A DNA stretch of 39,959 nt from a virus (Duplodnaviria; Heunggongvirae; Uroviricota; Caudoviricetes), in the IMG/VR virus record IMGVR_UViG_3300027974_000025, one strand, 5' to 3'. The position numbers were made by a program, and so were the translations under genes. Positions 21,032-29,702 of the stretch are shown here, one piece after another. Position 1 is the stretch's first letter; the number at the start of each line of letters is the position of its first letter. The notes under the pieces are model-generated. The model saw only the letters and a list, made by a program, of their open reading frames with translations, made no database searches and was not told the DNA's origin.

Positions 21032-21424
21032 ATGGCATATAATCCAAATAACCCTAATGGTCAAGCAACTAGTGCAAATAGTGCACCAGTTGTTTTGTCA
21101 TCTACACAATCTCCTTCATTAGTATCTCAAGATGATACACTTGTTATATTAGCTAGAATATTAAAATTACTTGAATCTTTATCAATTGTTGACTCTGCTC
21201 AAAGACAAAGAGTGGTAGTTGATGCTTTTGGAGCAGGATTAAGTGTTACAGTATCTTCAGGAAACATCACTGTAGCAGGAACTGTTTCAGCTAACTTAAA
21301 TGCTGGAGCAAACATTATTGGTAGCATAAATAACATATCTACCATGGCAGGTATGGATAGAGAGATGTATATTAACCAAGCAAGAACTGCTTATAACACT
21401 GGCATTAGTGCTAAATTAAACTAA
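21032..21424 (+). CDS. Hypothetical protein, probably virion structural/adaptor
   Basis: 130 aa, AT-rich leader, codon usage like its neighbours, lies in the fibre block. No family recognised. Confidence 0.7.
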   Translation: MAYNPNNPNGQATSANSAPVVLSSTQSPSLVSQDDTLVILARILKLLESLSIVDSAQRQRVVVDAFGAGLSVTVSSGNITVAGTVSANLNAGANIIGSINNISTMAGMDREMYINQARTAYNTGISAKLN

Positions 21425-21445
21425 TTAAATTAAAATAAACATATT

Positions 21446-24286
21446 ATGGCAATCATTAATACGCTTAGGAAGCAGATAGATTTACCAGTTTTTGAATGGA
21501 CAAGGTTTGCTCCAGCAGTTTCTTCTGCTGTTTCATCATCTGCTGTTTGTGACACTCCTATATTTTCAATCACTCAAGGTAGATACATCTATTATTTAAT
21601 AGGTGCTGGATCTTTTTGGAGATATGATACAGTGGCAGATTCTTATTCTCAGTTGTCATCTCCTCCAATTGGTGTGGGTACATTTAGTTCAATGAGATTT
21701 TCAGAATTACAAGCTCCTGAAAGTAATATTATTTCTGCTACATCAAGCACAGCAAATATTCCTGCTTACTTTACCAAGACGTTTAAAGGATATGATATCT
21801 ATATTACATCTGGTACAGGTGCTGGTCAAAGAAGAACTATTACAAATGTTTCTGATCCTATTATTCAGGATTCAGGTAACCTTACAGCATTTACAAATGC
21901 TTTAGGTGGTATTTCAATTACTGACACTCTTAAAAACTGGACAATTAATCAATGGGTTGGTTATCAAGTGAGAATCATTCAAGGAGCTGGTGCTGGTCAA
22001 GTGAGAAAGATTTTATATAATTCAGCTACAGCATTAACATTAGCTGATTCTGTAACTTCTGGTTCAGAAGTTTTTTGTAATCCAATGATTTTTTCTCCAG
22101 CAATTGCTGCTGGTTCCATCTATCAAATTGAATCTTCTAATGTCACTGTAGATACAAACTGGTTAGTAACACCAGATGCTACATCAAAATTTAGAGTGCA
22201 AGGAGGAAGTGTGTTTTTAGTTTCTTCAAATGGTGCTACACCATTCTATTCATTACAACAATATGATGTATTAACAGATATATGGTATATTAGAACTGCT
22301 AACTCAGCTAATATTGCTCTTGTTGGTACAGACTCTACATTAGAAAGAACAGGAGAAGGACCTACTATATGGGCAAGAACAACTTCTACAGTGGTAGGTA
22401 CATCTATGACTTCTGTTGTTACAGGTACTACTACAACATTGACAGATAGTGGTCAAGCTTGGACAGTTAACCAATGGGCAGGATATTATGTTAGAATATT
22501 TAGTGGATCAGGAGAAGGACAACAATCTTTAATTGCGTCTAATACAGCTACAACATTAACCTTTGCTTCTATGTCTGTAGCTCCTGGAGCTACTAGTCAA
22601 TATTTTATTGAGGGGTTTGATGCAGGTACTGCTTCTGGTTCTGGTTCAACAACAACATTAGTTGATTCTACAAAGAGCTGGGCAGTGAATAGATGGAAAA
22701 ACTATGCTGTTAAAATAACTGCTGGTACAGGTAAGGGACAAGTTGCTTCTATTCTTTCTAATACATCTACAACATTAACATTCTATAAAGCTATATCAGC
22801 AGTTACAGATGCTACATCTGTATACACTATTATAGGTGATGCTGATAAACTTTATTTGATGTTAGGTAATAATGCTGGTGTATTTATACAAAATTTAAAT
22901 GATGACTTAGGTACATATAGTAAATTATATGATTCTGGATTAACCTCAATTGGTTCAGTTCAATATGCAAGTAATAAATCAATAGCTCTTACAACATTAG
23001 CAAACGTTACAACAACAGCCACTGTCACTACAGCTATTTCACACAATTTTAAAGTGGGTCAATCTGTTGTAGTGAGAGGTGCTACAGATGCTAACTTCAA
23101 TGGTACGTTTACTATTGCTACAGTTCCTTCTTTAACCACCTTTACTTACACAATGGGTGGTACACCAGCTGCAACAACATTTGTAAACTCTTTAACAACA
23201 CAAACACTTGCTGATTCTACTAAAAACTGGTCAACAAATCAGTGGGCTGGTTATGTAGTTTGGATGAATACAACAGCTGTCACTGCTAGTACAGGTGTTA
23301 CTACAGGACAATGTTTACAGATTTTATCTAACACTGCTACAACATTAACATTTACAGTGGTTGGTACAGCTCCTGTAAATGGTGTTACAAGATATATTAT
23401 AGGAAGAAGACAACAAGTTATTGGAAATATGTTTTCTGGTATTGCTACAGGTACACATTCTACAACAACGTTACAAGATACAAACGTTTCTTCTTTTAGT
23501 GGTACAGCTTCTATTACAGGAAATACATTAACTGTCACTGTTGTAACAGCTGGATATTTAGGCATTGGTTCTGTAATAACAGGTGGTGCTACATTAGCAG
23601 GTACAACAATTACAGCAATTGGTATTAATACATTTGGTGGAGTTGGTACATATACAGTGAATTATTCTCAGTCAGTAAGTTCAGGAACATTAACTTCTAC
23701 AGGATGGGCTGTGAATATATTTGCTGGTAGAAGATTAAAATTCTTGGGTGGTACAGGTGCAGCACAAGAGCTTTTAATTTCATCTAATACAGCAAACGTT
23801 CTTACATTTGGAGCTGGTACAGCACCAGTTACTTCTAGTACAGTTTATTCTATTCTTCAACAACCAATTAGAGGTGTAGGTATATCTATGAACTGGACAT
23901 TTGGTACAACAGATATTAGTGTTCGTGGTAAACGTCTAATAGTTCCTCGTGGTGGTGCAACAGTTAACTGGGATGCGGTTGATCTTACAACAGATACATT
24001 TGATCAAATTGCTATCACTCCTCAAATAGAAACTCTATCAACAGGTAGTATGTATGCTTATGATGGTGTAGATAGAATTTATTATACAAAAGATGTTACA
24101 CAAAGATTATACTATTTAGATGCTACTACATTTACAGCATATGGTGCAGGACAATATCCATATTTAGCAGGTGCCGCTATTATTGGAAATAGAATGGAAG
24201 TGTTTCAAACAGTGGATGGATTGAAATACTTATGGTTAAACAGACACTCTAATACTGAGTGTTACAGAGAATTATTGTTCTATTAA
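21446..24286 (+). CDS. Thr/Ser/Gly-rich virion adhesin-like protein: Kelch/beta-propeller-like ends with internal ~45-aa repeats
   Basis: 946 aa. Blade-like motifs (FWRYDTVADSY, YDVLTDIWY, DLTTDTF, YAYDGVDRIYY) flank repeats with consensus TLxDSxKxWxxNQWxGYxVxIxxGxGxGQxxxIxSNTxTTLTF. Confidence 0.65.
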   Translation: MAIINTLRKQIDLPVFEWTRFAPAVSSAVSSSAVCDTPIFSITQGRYIYYLIGAGSFWRYDTVADSYSQLSSPPIGVGTFSSMRFSELQAPESNIISATSSTANIPAYFTKTFKGYDIYITSGTGAGQRRTITNVSDPIIQDSGNLTAFTNALGGISITDTLKNWTINQWVGYQVRIIQGAGAGQVRKILYNSATALTLADSVTSGSEVFCNPMIFSPAIAAGSIYQIESSNVTVDTNWLVTPDATSKFRVQGGSVFLVSSNGATPFYSLQQYDVLTDIWYIRTANSANIALVGTDSTLERTGEGPTIWARTTSTVVGTSMTSVVTGTTTTLTDSGQAWTVNQWAGYYVRIFSGSGEGQQSLIASNTATTLTFASMSVAPGATSQYFIEGFDAGTASGSGSTTTLVDSTKSWAVNRWKNYAVKITAGTGKGQVASILSNTSTTLTFYKAISAVTDATSVYTIIGDADKLYLMLGNNAGVFIQNLNDDLGTYSKLYDSGLTSIGSVQYASNKSIALTTLANVTTTATVTTAISHNFKVGQSVVVRGATDANFNGTFTIATVPSLTTFTYTMGGTPAATTFVNSLTTQTLADSTKNWSTNQWAGYVVWMNTTAVTASTGVTTGQCLQILSNTATTLTFTVVGTAPVNGVTRYIIGRRQQVIGNMFSGIATGTHSTTTLQDTNVSSFSGTASITGNTLTVTVVTAGYLGIGSVITGGATLAGTTITAIGINTFGGVGTYTVNYSQSVSSGTLTSTGWAVNIFAGRRLKFLGGTGAAQELLISSNTANVLTFGAGTAPVTSSTVYSILQQPIRGVGISMNWTFGTTDISVRGKRLIVPRGGATVNWDAVDLTTDTFDQIAITPQIETLSTGSMYAYDGVDRIYYTKDVTQRLYYLDATTFTAYGAGQYPYLAGAAIIGNRMEVFQTVDGLKYLWLNRHSNTECYRELLFY

Positions 24287-24301
24287 TATAAATAAAGAAT
24301 T

Positions 24302-25258
24302 ATGGCTATAACAAGAATAGGAGTGTATGCAGAAATCAAGGGGGTTAGTTATAGCCTTCCTTGTCGTGTTGCTACAACAGCAGCAATTACACTAAGTGGT
24401 ACACAAACCATTGATGATATTGCTGTTGTTGCAGGAGAAAGAGTGTTAGTAAAAAACCAAGGAACTGCATCAACTAATGGTATATATGTTGTTAGTGCTG
24501 GAGCTTGGAGTAGATCTGTGGATATGTCATTAGACGATGATGTGTTCCAAGGATTACAAGTTTATATTATTTCTGGAACAGTTAGTCAAGGATATGTATA
24601 CACTATATCAACATCTAATCCAATTACACTTGATGTAACATCTCTTACATTTACAAGAACTTTGTTTGGTGCTACATCAGGAACTGCTGGAACAACAGGT
24701 ACTGATGGTTCTTCAGGAACAGCTGGTACATCTGGTTTATCTTTTGGCACAGCTGGAACAAGTGGATTTAATGGTTCTAGTGGTACAAGTATTGGTTCAT
24801 CAGGTTCAAGTGGAACTAGTGGTTCTTCAGGAACAACTGGTACATCAGGTTCTACAGGAACAACTGGTACAGATGGTTCATCAGGAACTAGTGGATCAAG
24901 TGGATCTTCAGGAACAACAACTGGATCTAGTGGAACATCTGGCTCTTCTGGAGCAACATTTGGTACATCTGGAAGTTCAGGTACAACTGGTACATCTGGT
25001 ATATCTAATGGAACTAGTGGGTCTAGTGGAACAGCAGGTGGTGGTGGTACAGCAGGAACAAGTGGTACATCTGGTTCAACAGGAACATCAGGTACAGTTG
25101 GAACTTCAGGAACTAGTGGACTATCCACAGGTACTGCAGGAACAAGTGGTGCATCTTTTGGTACTTCAGGAACAAGTGGAGCTAATGGTGTCAGTCTCAC
25201 TCTTGGATTAACTTATACAGGATCAGTTAGAGCTTTAAATGTTTTACAAATATATTAA
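24302..25258 (+). CDS. Second collagen-like fibre protein
   Basis: 318 aa. N-terminal phage fibre module (ATTAAITLSGTQTID...GERVLVKNQ...NGIYV...AWSR) followed by a Gly-Thr/Ser-Ser tract. Confidence 0.8.
   Translation: MAITRIGVYAEIKGVSYSLPCRVATTAAITLSGTQTIDDIAVVAGERVLVKNQGTASTNGIYVVSAGAWSRSVDMSLDDDVFQGLQVYIISGTVSQGYVYTISTSNPITLDVTSLTFTRTLFGATSGTAGTTGTDGSSGTAGTSGLSFGTAGTSGFNGSSGTSIGSSGSSGTSGSSGTTGTSGSTGTTGTDGSSGTSGSSGSSGTTTGSSGTSGSSGATFGTSGSSGTTGTSGISNGTSGSSGTAGGGGTAGTSGTSGSTGTSGTVGTSGTSGLSTGTAGTSGASFGTSGTSGANGVSLTLGLTYTGSVRALNVLQIY
24680..25189 (+). repeat. Gly-Thr/Ser-Ser collagen-like tract (~170 aa) with 4-residue interruptions
   Basis: GTAGTTGTDGSSGTAGTSGLSF...GASFGTSGTSGANG. Confidence 0.88.
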
Positions 25259-25275
25259 AATTAAAATTATAAATT

Positions 25276-25689
25276 ATGCCAGCGAATACCGCCCCTATTT
25301 TTACACTCACAGCTAAAATTGGCTGGGGTACAACTGCAATCACCACTGCAAACACTGCTATGGACGGTACAGGTACTGTCTTAGGTTGTTATACAGCAGG
25401 TGCAAATGGTTCATATGTACAAAGAATAAGATTTAGACCAGCAGGTACTAACGTACAAACAGTAGCTAGATTGTTCATTAACAATGGTTCTACAAATGAA
25501 ACAGCTGCAAATAATATTTTATTTGATGAGATTACTATTCCAGCAACAACAGCATCTGATACTTCTGCACAATCTACTTTTGAAATTCCATTAAACTTTG
25601 CATTACCAACAGGATATGTTCTTAATGTAACCATTGGTACAACAATAGCCGCAGGGTTATATGTATCAGTTATAGGGGGAGATTACTAA
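25276..25689 (+). CDS. Hypothetical virion structural protein (beta-rich)
   Basis: 137 aa, Thr/Ala/Gly-rich, TAATG-coupled to the next gene. Confidence 0.7.
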   Translation: MPANTAPIFTLTAKIGWGTTAITTANTAMDGTGTVLGCYTAGANGSYVQRIRFRPAGTNVQTVARLFINNGSTNETAANNILFDEITIPATTASDTSAQSTFEIPLNFALPTGYVLNVTIGTTIAAGLYVSVIGGDY

Positions 25690-25934
25690 TGAAATACATT
25701 AAAATAAAATTCACACTTGGTTTAGACTGCGAAGCATATCAAGTGATTGACAATATGGTAGTAGTGAGTTATGTTGACTTACAATGTAATCCATTAGAAC
25801 TACCTGAAGTAACAGAAAGTTATGTAATAGATGGAGAAATATTAGAATATTGTGGAGATGTACCACCTACTACTACAACTACCACTACAACTATTGCTGT
25901 TATTGTAGAAGAAATAATACCAGAAATAATATAA
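25689..25934 (+). CDS. Small acidic hypothetical protein with a PP(T)8 run
   Basis: 81 aa. DVPPTTTTTTTTIAV encoded by mixed ACT/ACA/ACC codons. Overlapping start/stop with the upstream gene. Confidence 0.65.
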   Translation: MKYIKIKFTLGLDCEAYQVIDNMVVVSYVDLQCNPLELPEVTESYVIDGEILEYCGDVPPTTTTTTTTIAVIVEEIIPEII

Positions 25935-25935
25935 T

Positions 25936-26796
25936 ATGTTTTTTGATATATTAAATAAAGAAGGACTTTGGATATATAATATAACTTCATCTAGTTGGTT
26001 TACTTGGGATAAACCTGATCAATATCAAAACTTTTTCATCATGGCTTGTGGAGCTGGTGGTGGGGGTGGTAATGGTTTTTCAGGAGCAGCAAGTACTAAC
26101 AGAGGTGGGGGAGGTGGTGGTGCTGGTGGTCAAATCATGAATATGTATGCCCCATCATTTCTTCTTCCAGATACATTATATATAAGTGTGGGAGCTGGTG
26201 GAGCAGGTATTATAAATGGAAGAGCTTCAAGTGTATTAAATCAGGGTAACACAACTTATGTAAACTATTATCCAAACTTAAATATAAGTAATATTATATT
26301 AAATGCTGCAGGTGGTGGAGCTGGTGGTATAGGATTATCTACTGGAACTGCTGCAGGTGGTATAGGATTACCCAACTCTCCTACTAACACTTTACTATCT
26401 ATATCAGCACAAGGAGCAAGTGCAGGAACTCCTGGTGGTATTAATACAGGTGATGTTGGTACAAATTTTTCAGCAACAACCTCTTGTATATATGGTGGAA
26501 CTGGTGGAGGAAGTATTGGAACAGCCAACACTGCTTTTGCAGGAGGAAATATTTTAGCAAGTGATGTTCATCCACAAATAAATGGTGGAGCTATAGATTC
26601 AAATGGAGGTGATGGAGTTTTTATAAAAAAACCTTTTTCAGCTATTGGTGGAACTGGTGGAGGTTCTTCTACTACTACTGGTGGAAAAGGTGGTAATGGT
26701 GTTTGGGGATCTGGTGGCGGAGGAGGTGGTGGTGGTATTATTGGAGGCAATGGTGGTAATGGTGGTAATGGTTTTGTAATAATAATAGGATTCTAA
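25936..26796 (+). CDS. Glycine-rich adhesin-like protein, paralogue 1
   Basis: 286 aa. TWDKP...GAGGGGGNG...GGGGGAGG...P.FLLPDTLYISVGAGG; ends GGNGGNGFVIIIGF. Confidence 0.75.
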   Translation: MFFDILNKEGLWIYNITSSSWFTWDKPDQYQNFFIMACGAGGGGGNGFSGAASTNRGGGGGGAGGQIMNMYAPSFLLPDTLYISVGAGGAGIINGRASSVLNQGNTTYVNYYPNLNISNIILNAAGGGAGGIGLSTGTAAGGIGLPNSPTNTLLSISAQGASAGTPGGINTGDVGTNFSATTSCIYGGTGGGSIGTANTAFAGGNILASDVHPQINGGAIDSNGGDGVFIKKPFSAIGGTGGGSSTTTGGKGGNGVWGSGGGGGGGGIIGGNGGNGGNGFVIIIGF

Positions 26797-27761
26797 TGAT
26801 AGATTTTAAATACTTAACATCAGACATGAATGTTGATAGACAAACTTTCTATTCAACTAGTGGATTGACATGGCAAACATGGACTAAACCAAAAGGTAGA
26901 TCTATGGCTTACATGCTCATAATTGGTGGAGGAGGTGGTGGAGGAACTGGAACCCAATTTTTTGGATTTGTAAATACTCAAGGTGGAGCTGGTGGTGGTG
27001 CTGGTGGTATTACATCTTTACTAGTTCCTTTTTTCTTAATTCCTGATACACTATATATACAACCTGGAACATTTGGTACAGGTGGGCCTTTTGAAAATGG
27101 TGGAAGTGCATCAGGACAACCAGGAGCAGCAAGTTATGTATCAGTGTATCCAAATACTAATGCAAATAATGTTTTAGCTCAAGCTAATGGAGGGGGTGCT
27201 GGTTTTGCTGTTACTACTACTCCTGGAGTTGGAGGAGCACCTATTTTAGCTACTAGTACAACAAAACCTAGATATTTTAGTCTGTGTAATGTAACTTCAT
27301 ATGCAGGACAAGATGGTGGTGGTGGAAGTAACACTGGAAATAATTCTAGTAGAACTTTTACATCTCCTTGGTCATCTCTTGTAATCAATAGTATTGCCAC
27401 TGGTGGTGCTGGTGGTGGAGGAGGAGGAGATGGTTATGAATTTGGTGCTGCTGGTGGATATGGTGGAAGTATAATAGGAGGAGATGATCTATCTACATTT
27501 TTAAAAGATGTTAATGGAGGTCCTGCTGCTGCAGGTGCTGGTGGTGCAGGAGGTGATGGATATTTTAATTTAAAACCTTGGTTATCTGTAGGGGGTGCTG
27601 GATCTGGTGGTCAAGTGAACTACGTTTCTGGTGGAGCAATAGCAGGTAAAGCTAATGGATATGGTAGTGGAGGAGGAGGAGCTGGTCCTGGATCTGCTAA
27701 TGATGGTGCAGCAATTGGAGGAGATGGTGCTCCTGGAATAGTGATAATAATAAGTTATTAA
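26796..27761 (+). CDS. Glycine-rich adhesin-like protein, paralogue 2
   Basis: 321 aa. TWTKPKG...IGGGGGGG...GGAGGGAGG...PFFLIPDTLYIQPG; ends GGDGAPGIVIIISY. Confidence 0.75.
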   Translation: MIDFKYLTSDMNVDRQTFYSTSGLTWQTWTKPKGRSMAYMLIIGGGGGGGTGTQFFGFVNTQGGAGGGAGGITSLLVPFFLIPDTLYIQPGTFGTGGPFENGGSASGQPGAASYVSVYPNTNANNVLAQANGGGAGFAVTTTPGVGGAPILATSTTKPRYFSLCNVTSYAGQDGGGGSNTGNNSSRTFTSPWSSLVINSIATGGAGGGGGGDGYEFGAAGGYGGSIIGGDDLSTFLKDVNGGPAAAGAGGAGGDGYFNLKPWLSVGGAGSGGQVNYVSGGAIAGKANGYGSGGGGAGPGSANDGAAIGGDGAPGIVIIISY

Positions 27762-27763
27762 TT

Positions 27764-28645
27764 ATGATAAGTTTTCAAAATTTACCAACAAATGCTAAGG
27801 TGACATGGTTCATGCAACCTACATCAGGTAATGAAGTACATACTTGGACTAAACCTACAGGTTGTAACTTTATATATATAGTTGCTGTTGGTGGTGGAGG
27901 AGCTGGTGGTGCTGGATTTTCAGCAGCAGCAGGTAATCAAAGAACAGGAGGTGGTGGTGGAGGATCTGCAGCTATGTCATCTATACTTGTACCAGCAGTT
28001 TTAATAACAGATTCAATATTTATAAGAGTTGGTAGAGGAGGAACTTCATCAACTGTTCCTACATCAACTATAGTATCAGCATATAGAGTGGCTGCAGTGG
28101 GTGAATATTATCTAGTTGGATATCCTGGAAATAATGGAAGTGGTGGTACATCAATTATTCCTGGTACAGCAGGTGCTGGTGGAATTTGTCCTCTCACAGA
28201 TCCAACATTAACATTTGGATTAGGTCAGGTGGGTAAGTTTTCTGGATTTGATGGAGATGGTGGTGTAATAGGAGCAATGCCAGGTATGAGTGCTGTTAAT
28301 AAAAACTGTGATTTTATTCTTTCTGGAGGAGGTGGAGGAGCTGGCATAACAAATAATAATGCTGGAGGTCTTAGTGGTAGTAACTTATTATCAAACTTTC
28401 AACAAACAAATTATTCTACAGCTGTTTCAGGAGGTCTTTTAGGAAGTGCTGGAGGAAATGGTTTCTGGATACCAAAAACATTTAAGTTTTATGGTGGAGG
28501 CGGTGGAGGTTCAAACAATAGTATTGCAGGAGGTAATGGAGGTAAGGGTGCCCCTGGTTGTGGAGGTGGAGGAGGAGGTGGTGGAACCACAGGTGGAACA
28601 GGAGGAAATGGTGGAGATGGGTTTGTTCTTATAATAAGTTACTAA
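27764..28645 (+). CDS. Glycine-rich adhesin-like protein, paralogue 3
   Basis: 293 aa. TWTKPTG...VGGGGAGG...GGGGGGS...PAVLITDSIFIRVGRGG; ends GGNGGDGFVLIISY. Overlaps the convergent GT gene by 17 nt. Confidence 0.75.
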   Translation: MISFQNLPTNAKVTWFMQPTSGNEVHTWTKPTGCNFIYIVAVGGGGAGGAGFSAAAGNQRTGGGGGGSAAMSSILVPAVLITDSIFIRVGRGGTSSTVPTSTIVSAYRVAAVGEYYLVGYPGNNGSGGTSIIPGTAGAGGICPLTDPTLTFGLGQVGKFSGFDGDGGVIGAMPGMSAVNKNCDFILSGGGGGAGITNNNAGGLSGSNLLSNFQQTNYSTAVSGGLLGSAGGNGFWIPKTFKFYGGGGGGSNNSIAGGNGGKGAPGCGGGGGGGGTTGGTGGNGGDGFVLIISY

Positions 28646-29702
28646 TCTGTTCAATAACGTCTTTAGAAGTGATAACCTTATGACATTCAAAATGTTTAGG
28701 GCTATCTTCATTTACAGGACACCAATTCCAATCTCCTTTGTTAAATTTAAACAGTGGATTGTTCCAACATCCATTACATACATCCTTCTTAACTATACGT
28801 GTGCAGTTAGAAACAAACTCATGGTCTTCATTAGTGAAATTACTAATCATCACTGTATGTTTACCTATAGCCCAGTTCAACCAACTTATACCACTAGACA
28901 GTCCTATGTATAAGTCTGCATGATGTAGATAGTTCATTACATTATTAAGGCTTGTGTCCTCAAGTTTCTCTGCTCCATAGTCTCCTGCTTCTTTAGACAT
29001 CTCAAACACGCTATATCCTTTTTCTTTATAATAAGAAATCAACTCATCCCAATAATACCAATGTTTACATTGTGATGTAGATTGTGTGGATATACAAATG
29101 TATTTATCTGTTACAGGTCTTTCTCCTGGTGTAAAGTCTATTCTACATGGAAGTTCTTTATAAGGAAGATTCAATGTGTTGCTAGCTGTCTTTTGTAAAG
29201 GAATTGTAGCTGGATGTTCAGGTTCTTTATTAACATCCCAATACCAACCATATTCAAACTGTGCTACAATATTGTTAACAACCACACCTCTATCTATAAA
29301 CTGAAGTTCTGGATATGCCTTTTCAAACAAGAAGTTTTTAAATGTAGACACAACCACATCACACTGATAGATGTTTTTAAACTCTAAACAGTATGGCATC
29401 CAAGCAATGCTATCTCCTAATGAATGAGACTCAAAGGATATCAATACACGCTTACCCTTGATATAGTCTAACACGCTTATCTTCTCTTTAAGAACCTCTC
29501 CATCCCATATTTCTATAAAGTATTTAGCTAGATAGGTTCTAGGATGTTTAGCCCACATACCCTTCTTAAGCATTACAGAATACATTTCTATGTATTCTTT
29601 GCCCTTCTTCTCCATAAATTTCACAAGATACTCTTTGTTCTCCCATGTGCTTAATAGCTCAAAGAACATTCCATTGACTAAGTTTAAATTATATTTAAGC
29701 AT
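28629..29702 (-). CDS. Autotransporter O-heptosyltransferase (Aah/TibC, BAHT)-like protein glycosyltransferase
   Basis: 357 aa. HSLGDSIAWMPY (putative catalytic Asp97, nt 29412-29414); FIGLSSG-like YIGLSSGISWLNW; iron-finger-like CNGCWN...WCP...FEC with spacing C-x2-C-x15-C-x11-C (nt 28683-28778). Confidence 0.8.
   Translation of the reverse strand: MLKYNLNLVNGMFFELLSTWENKEYLVKFMEKKGKEYIEMYSVMLKKGMWAKHPRTYLAKYFIEIWDGEVLKEKISVLDYIKGKRVLISFESHSLGDSIAWMPYCLEFKNIYQCDVVVSTFKNFLFEKAYPELQFIDRGVVVNNIVAQFEYGWYWDVNKEPEHPATIPLQKTASNTLNLPYKELPCRIDFTPGERPVTDKYICISTQSTSQCKHWYYWDELISYYKEKGYSVFEMSKEAGDYGAEKLEDTSLNNVMNYLHHADLYIGLSSGISWLNWAIGKHTVMISNFTNEDHEFVSNCTRIVKKDVCNGCWNNPLFKFNKGDWNWCPVNEDSPKHFECHKVITSKDVIEQISNLL

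Noticed and set aside
17486-25211. Long antisense (PLVPLVP...) and frame-shifted (VLVELVV...) ORFs over the collagen-like tracts, e.g. 17486-17929, 17536-17967, 18467-18910, 18487-18846, 24586-25200, 24666-25211
   Set aside because: These are shadows of GGN-ACN-AGT/TCN codons, whose other frames rarely contain stops. They begin and end with the repeat tracts and have no independent leaders.
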